Source: Takakia lepidozioides
Lineage: Eukaryota; Plantae; Bryophyta
Length of the DNA stretch: 64,000 nucleotides
Reading direction: 5' to 3'
Assembly (NCBI GenBank): GCA_030704615.1
Contig: CM060731.1
Span: 84,320,001-84,384,000 of the forward strand
Positions 59,523 through 64,000 of this stretch are shown piece after piece. The notes below the pieces were generated by a model, which was not told where the DNA came from, did no database searches, and saw nothing but the letters and a program-made list of their open reading frames with translations. A program made the translations under genes and the position numbers. Each line of letters opens with the position of its first letter. The first letter of the stretch is position 1.

Positions 59523-61520
59523 CTAACCCTCCTGTGGTTGATAACGAGGTAACCTCTCAGGCATAGGAGATCCCCGCCGTTTCTTCTCTGCCATCTGTAG
59601 TGCGTAGTCCTCCGCCATATCAAAAGGTTCCTCTGTAGAACCAGTAGTATCGGAATCATCTTCCCCCCTGAGGTGTTTCAGCGGCCGAACCTTAAGTGGT
59701 TCCTCAGGAATCCTGCATGGCATGCAGTGTTGGCCCACCATGTCTGGAAGCTTGAGCTGGACTACTTGCTTTAATCGCTTGCAAGCAAAATGTGTGAATT
59801 CCCTGAACTCCTTGGCCGTATAGTGTGCCAATGACCTTGGAACAATGTAAGTATTTCTAGCCTTCATGTCCCTTATAAAAAATATCATCAGGGCCCAATT
59901 TTTCTTTGGCCAAGCTGTTCCAAGCCAAATTAAACCATGAACGAAGCTGGGAATCCTTCTGCATCATGATCTTCGCATCATATAGATACATATGAGGTGG
60001 AACCGAAGGTAAGACCCAATGATCTCCATTGGAATAACTCAGAAATCTTGACTGCATCTTCTGCTGCTCAATGTGATACCGTGCAATGAAACAAGCAGCA
60101 TACTACAATCCACAACCCATGACAATACTAGATACCTCCTTGGTTTTGGTGTAGATGTACCCATGAACAACCTGAAAGGCAACTAATTCCCTCAGCATGG
60201 TGCTTGCTTCAGACCAGTACCTGGCAAAATGATGATCCTCAATGGGTCGATTGTTCGGAAGAACCTTAGTCCGAGTTGCCACTGGCAACCAAATGCGCAT
60301 GATCTGGTAATAATGTGCCAAAGACTATGGAGGACTAACTTCCTTCCAAGCCAAATCCATCACAATGGGAATTTGGTTGAAGGGCATAATCATAGCCCGA
60401 TTGTACTCCAATGCAGCAGGAGTCCTAGGTGGGTGAAAAGCAACATCCCCCCAAACCTCAGCCTGTGGCATTGCCACGGTATCAACAGTGTCAGCCACTT
60501 GCAAAGCCACCGGCTGTGGGGGCTGTGATATTGCCGCCACTGTCCCTCCTATTACTAGCATTTCTTGTACCTCTTGCGATGAAGACTGAAAAACCAGGGT
60601 TCTGGCATGCAAATAAGTAGCCACCAGCTGCTCCTCAGGAACAAAGACTCGTTTGTCAATGTTGTAACTCTGCTATCCTACTATAGACATTGTCTATAGT
60701 AATTGTGGCAATGTTCTGCACCCGCAACCTGAGATCATTCATCTCCCCCTGAGTGAGCTTTCGTGGTGCCTTCCCTTCCACCGGCCCTTGTGTTAACCAT
60801 ACTTGCATAAGATGATTATCCACCAAGTTTTGTGTAGCACCCCGGAGAGCCTGCTCCTCCTTAAGTCTGTACACATCTAACTGCTGCTGTAAGGCCTTCA
60901 TGCGCTTTGCATGAGGTTCAACCAGGCCCGCATAGGCAGCAGCCAGATTATTGGCTTCCTTCCAAGCCTTGTTAGCCACAGAGAGTTCATTCTTGTGGCC
61001 CGTGAGTGATTGCTGCAACTGCAGGATGAACCTTTCATTCTCAGCCTCAACCTGACTGTACTGTTTGAAAGTATCCTCATTGCGACGGAGGGTAGCCTTC
61101 AGATCAGCAATAAGTTTCCCCTGCTCTACTGTCTCAGCCTCTGCCATCATACATCTCTCTGCTTGTCTGTTAACTTCTAATGCAGTTTGCTCCAGAGCAG
61201 TTGTTAGTGTGGCACATTGTATGGTCATTCTCTGATGAACTGTCTCCAACTCTGTATGAAGCACCGTCACTTCCTGCAATTTGCCCTCATGCTTCACTTG
61301 CAATTGGTATAGTTGCTGCTTATGCGCTTCATGCAACTTCCCCTGCTCCAGACTCGCTTCAATCAGATTCCCCTTTGCTAGCTGCAGGGCAACCTTGGTT
61401 TCCTCCAATTCTTTCTACAACTTGAGGTTGGCCTCCACATCCACCTTGTTTGCACACTCAGTGGCAATTCTAGCCTCAAACTCCTGCTTGAGTTCCTCTC
61501 TCAAAGCTGCCAATTGTGTA
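59523..61520 (-). pseudogene. Long disrupted ORF (coiled-coil N-terminal half, unknown C-terminal domain) directly upstream of the PPT
   Basis: Abutting same-strand ORFs 60656-61408, 60325-60624, 60103-60321, 59857-60057 and 59523-59888, separated by single stops or frameshifts. Confidence 0.6.
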
Positions 61521-61557
61521 GATGGAACATGAGACTTCACATATATCCCCAACAAAT

Positions 61558-62215
61558 CGCATTTCCATGTCCGTCATCAAAATTTCGTATTGGACAATGG
61601 AATGTGGTGCCGCATTTCCGTCCAACAAGACGGAATGCCCACACGGGTCTGGAATTGGACAAACAACGATGTCTGTTTTGGAAATGCGGCGCCGCATTTC
61701 CATGTTGGGCAATCGAAAGTTTTTATAGGACAATGTAAGTTTTTATAGGACTATGGAATGCGGTGCCGCATTTCCGTCAAAGGGTATGGAATTGGACAAA
61801 CAACGATGTCCGTTTTGGAAATTCCATGTACATCATCGAAATTTCTTATTGGACAATGGAACGTGGTGCCGCATTCCCGTCTAGCATCATGGAATGGGGA
61901 GCCAAAGAACGTCGATGGGTCTGCAGTTGGAAAAATGTCCATCTCCAAAAGGTAAATGCGGCACCGCATTTCCATGTTCGACCTCCGCATTTCGATTTAC
62001 CTCCATGGAAGGAGCTGGCAATCGGCAAAACTGTCGTGTCGGAAGCGGAAATGCGGCACCGCATTTCCGTTTGTCCGAACAGTTTCTGATGTCCAAACCA
62101 TGAAACGGTAAATTGTTTTTGCCCCGGTTTTGGAAATGCGGTGCCGCATTTCCAAAGGAGGTTTTTGCAGTTGCCACATTTCCGTTCCGACATGGAAATG
62201 CGGTGCCGCATTTCC
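61558..62215. repeat. Cluster of 8 palindromes GGAAATGCG-N4-CGCATTTCC with irregular spacing, plus half-sites
   Basis: Copies at ~61599, 61680, 61755, 61858, 61954, 62047, 62132 and 62194; a ninth at 63519-63534 lies inside an intron of the adjacent gene. Confidence 0.92.
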
Positions 62216-62320
62216 GATTTTGGGAGGGACGTGGTTTGGACGATGTTGTCGTTGAGAAGCACATAGGAGAGGGGACATGAAGGACGGGGAGAATTTCCTT
62301 TATATACTCTGGAAGAGAAT

Positions 62321-64000
62321 TTAAATGTACAGAGAGTTCATTAAAATTCTATTAATCTTGAAAATCATCACTATCGTCGTCCTGTCCTTGACTGTCCTGC
62401 TCCGCTCCACCCCGTCATTGCCTTTCTCATCTCCAGCGGACTGCTCGTTGGCCAGGCTTTCGAAAATCCCATCTTCACCTTGCGGAACCGACCATCTCAC
62501 CTCCGTTGGCTTGTCGTCCTCCCTATCTGCATCGCTCTCATCCGCTGAATCACATATGAACTTTCGCACTCGTCTACCTGTCTCAGCTATTGCCAACTCT
62601 TTCCTTATCCTTCTGTCCTCCCTAGCCCTCTCCAAAATCTGCTCTACTTTACTGGGATTCTCACATCGTCTAATCGCTGTATTTGCGAGTTTAGCTGCAT
62701 AACTAGGAAGGGAGTAGTCCGTCACCGGGCTCGTCATGAAGTCGCCCCTCGCAAAGAACGGGACATTCTTCCTGGCAGGAAGTGTAGGCCCTACATGTTT
62801 CGACCCGGATCCTGGAATCCTGCACATAACAATCACCAACGAGACCAATGAGAACCACAGTCCGGAAATGCGTTTGACAAAAAATCACCCAGAAGGCTTT
62901 GCAAACTTACAATTTTGCACTCACTCGTATTCCGGGTTCTCCTCGGCATCAATGTCCACTGTCTCTTCCTCCGACTCCGACGAATCCGAGGAGTCTTTGG
63001 CTTCGATGAGAGCTTTCACATTCCGTTGCAGCCCTTCCATATGGGATCCCCAGACAGATGTGTCCTCCTCGTAGGCAAAGAGGTGCCGGTCGGAAAACCG
63101 CCCAGCCCACATTGAGGCACCTGTTACAATGCCATCCACACATTATGACATGGCCCTTCAGATGTTGCGAATTAAATCATAACGAGAATTTGCAGAACAG
63201 CATAGAACAAGATTCTGCATACCTGTCCCATAGATGAGGTCGAGCACTGTGCCCTCCACGTCTGTGCATGTCTCCATAATTGTCTGAATGAAGGCAGGGC
63301 TCCGAGTCCGTGAATACCGCATGGGTTCCGTTGAAGTGAGGCTATGAGGGAGAAGTTCCGTGGGAACGTTGTTGAACAGGACGTTGTAATCGATGGGGTC
63401 GCAGTTCGGGTCAACCAACAATCCCTCCTTCCGGAAAGCAAAGGTGGAGTTCTCCTTCACAAAGCGGTATGCATCGAACTGCTTTGTCTGCATACACAGT
63501 GGGGAACGATTAAAATCGAATGCGGCACCGCATTTCAAAACTCCTAAGAAAATGAGAGGACGAGTGCCAATGTCGTAATTTCCTTCTTCCCTTCCGACCG
63601 AAGGCCCCATGTGTTGATGCACGTCCACTTCTTCTTCAGAATTGGGATGGCGCTCTTGCGGGTCCACTTCGCAATTCCTGTCTGCGTGTTTTTGCCTCTG
63701 CTCGCCAGGACAACCACACAGCCTTTGTCATCCAACACCATGCGGGCGAGCCCGAATCCTTTCTTCCAAAAGTCCTCGGAGTACCTGTTCCAAGATGGCA
63801 AAGCTTGCAGTCCTTCCACAGGCTCTCCGTCCGGAATATCCAAGATGATCATATCGCAAGACCACTCGGTGGCATTTCTGCCCCTCCTGCAATCCTTGTC
63901 TGCACACACCCTCTCAAAGAACGAGACCATCTTCAGAAACCCAGGGGTGTCGGAAGGCTCTTCGGCAGCCGCCTTCTTCAGTGCTCTGCCCTTCAGACCC
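62321..64000 (-). CDS. Second N6A/N4C methyltransferase-like gene, 3' exons (5' part lies outside the window)
   Basis: CDMIILDIPDG...WNRYSEDFW...LDDKGCVVV; RSPAFIQTIMETCTDVEGTVLDLIYGT, GT-AG intron 63121-63222, then GASMWAGRFSDRHLFAYEED. Last exon LPSYAAKLA...FICDSADE parallels LPVYAEALA...FVDDIAQE in copy 1. Confidence 0.8.

Noticed and set aside
61558-62215. CRISPR-like array from the GGAAATGCG-N4-CGCATTTCC repeats
   Set aside because: Spacing is irregular, the linkers partly repeat each other, and no cas genes or leader are visible.

Overview
Eukaryotic, TE-dense window with spliceosomal genes and tRNA-Met-primed retroelements; the host is probably a seed-free land plant, but it cannot be named from sequence alone. 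It holds three copies of a chromodomain Ty3/Gypsy family, a Copia remnant, LINE fragments, CACTA ends, a piggyBac-like TTAA element, a trihelix pseudogene, a 500-N gap and one intact host gene (5-exon CRAL-TRIO/Sec14 protein, 50573-53745, minus strand). The main discovery is a ~14.8-kb Mutator-like DNA transposon (11122-25906) with an 8-10 bp TSD (GCTCAACC[GG]) and no long TIRs, inserted in a Gypsy pol. It carries (i) a MULE-type DDE/SWIM transposase, (ii) a divergently oriented, intron-containing gene joining a ParB/Sulfiredoxin-like domain (DGNHR) to a bacterial-type beta-class N6A/N4C DNA methyltransferase-like domain, and (iii) a 4.5-kb array of 347-bp units holding ~38 long palindromes. 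A second, highly diverged copy of the methyltransferase-like gene at the window end (62321-64000) has an intron at the same position and its own cluster of different palindromes. Both palindrome sets share a TGCG-N4-CGCA core. The inference is a transposon-encoded protein plus cognate-site system (parS-like loading and/or VANDAL/VANC-like anti-silencing). All domain calls come from motif recognition by eye, not from database searches.
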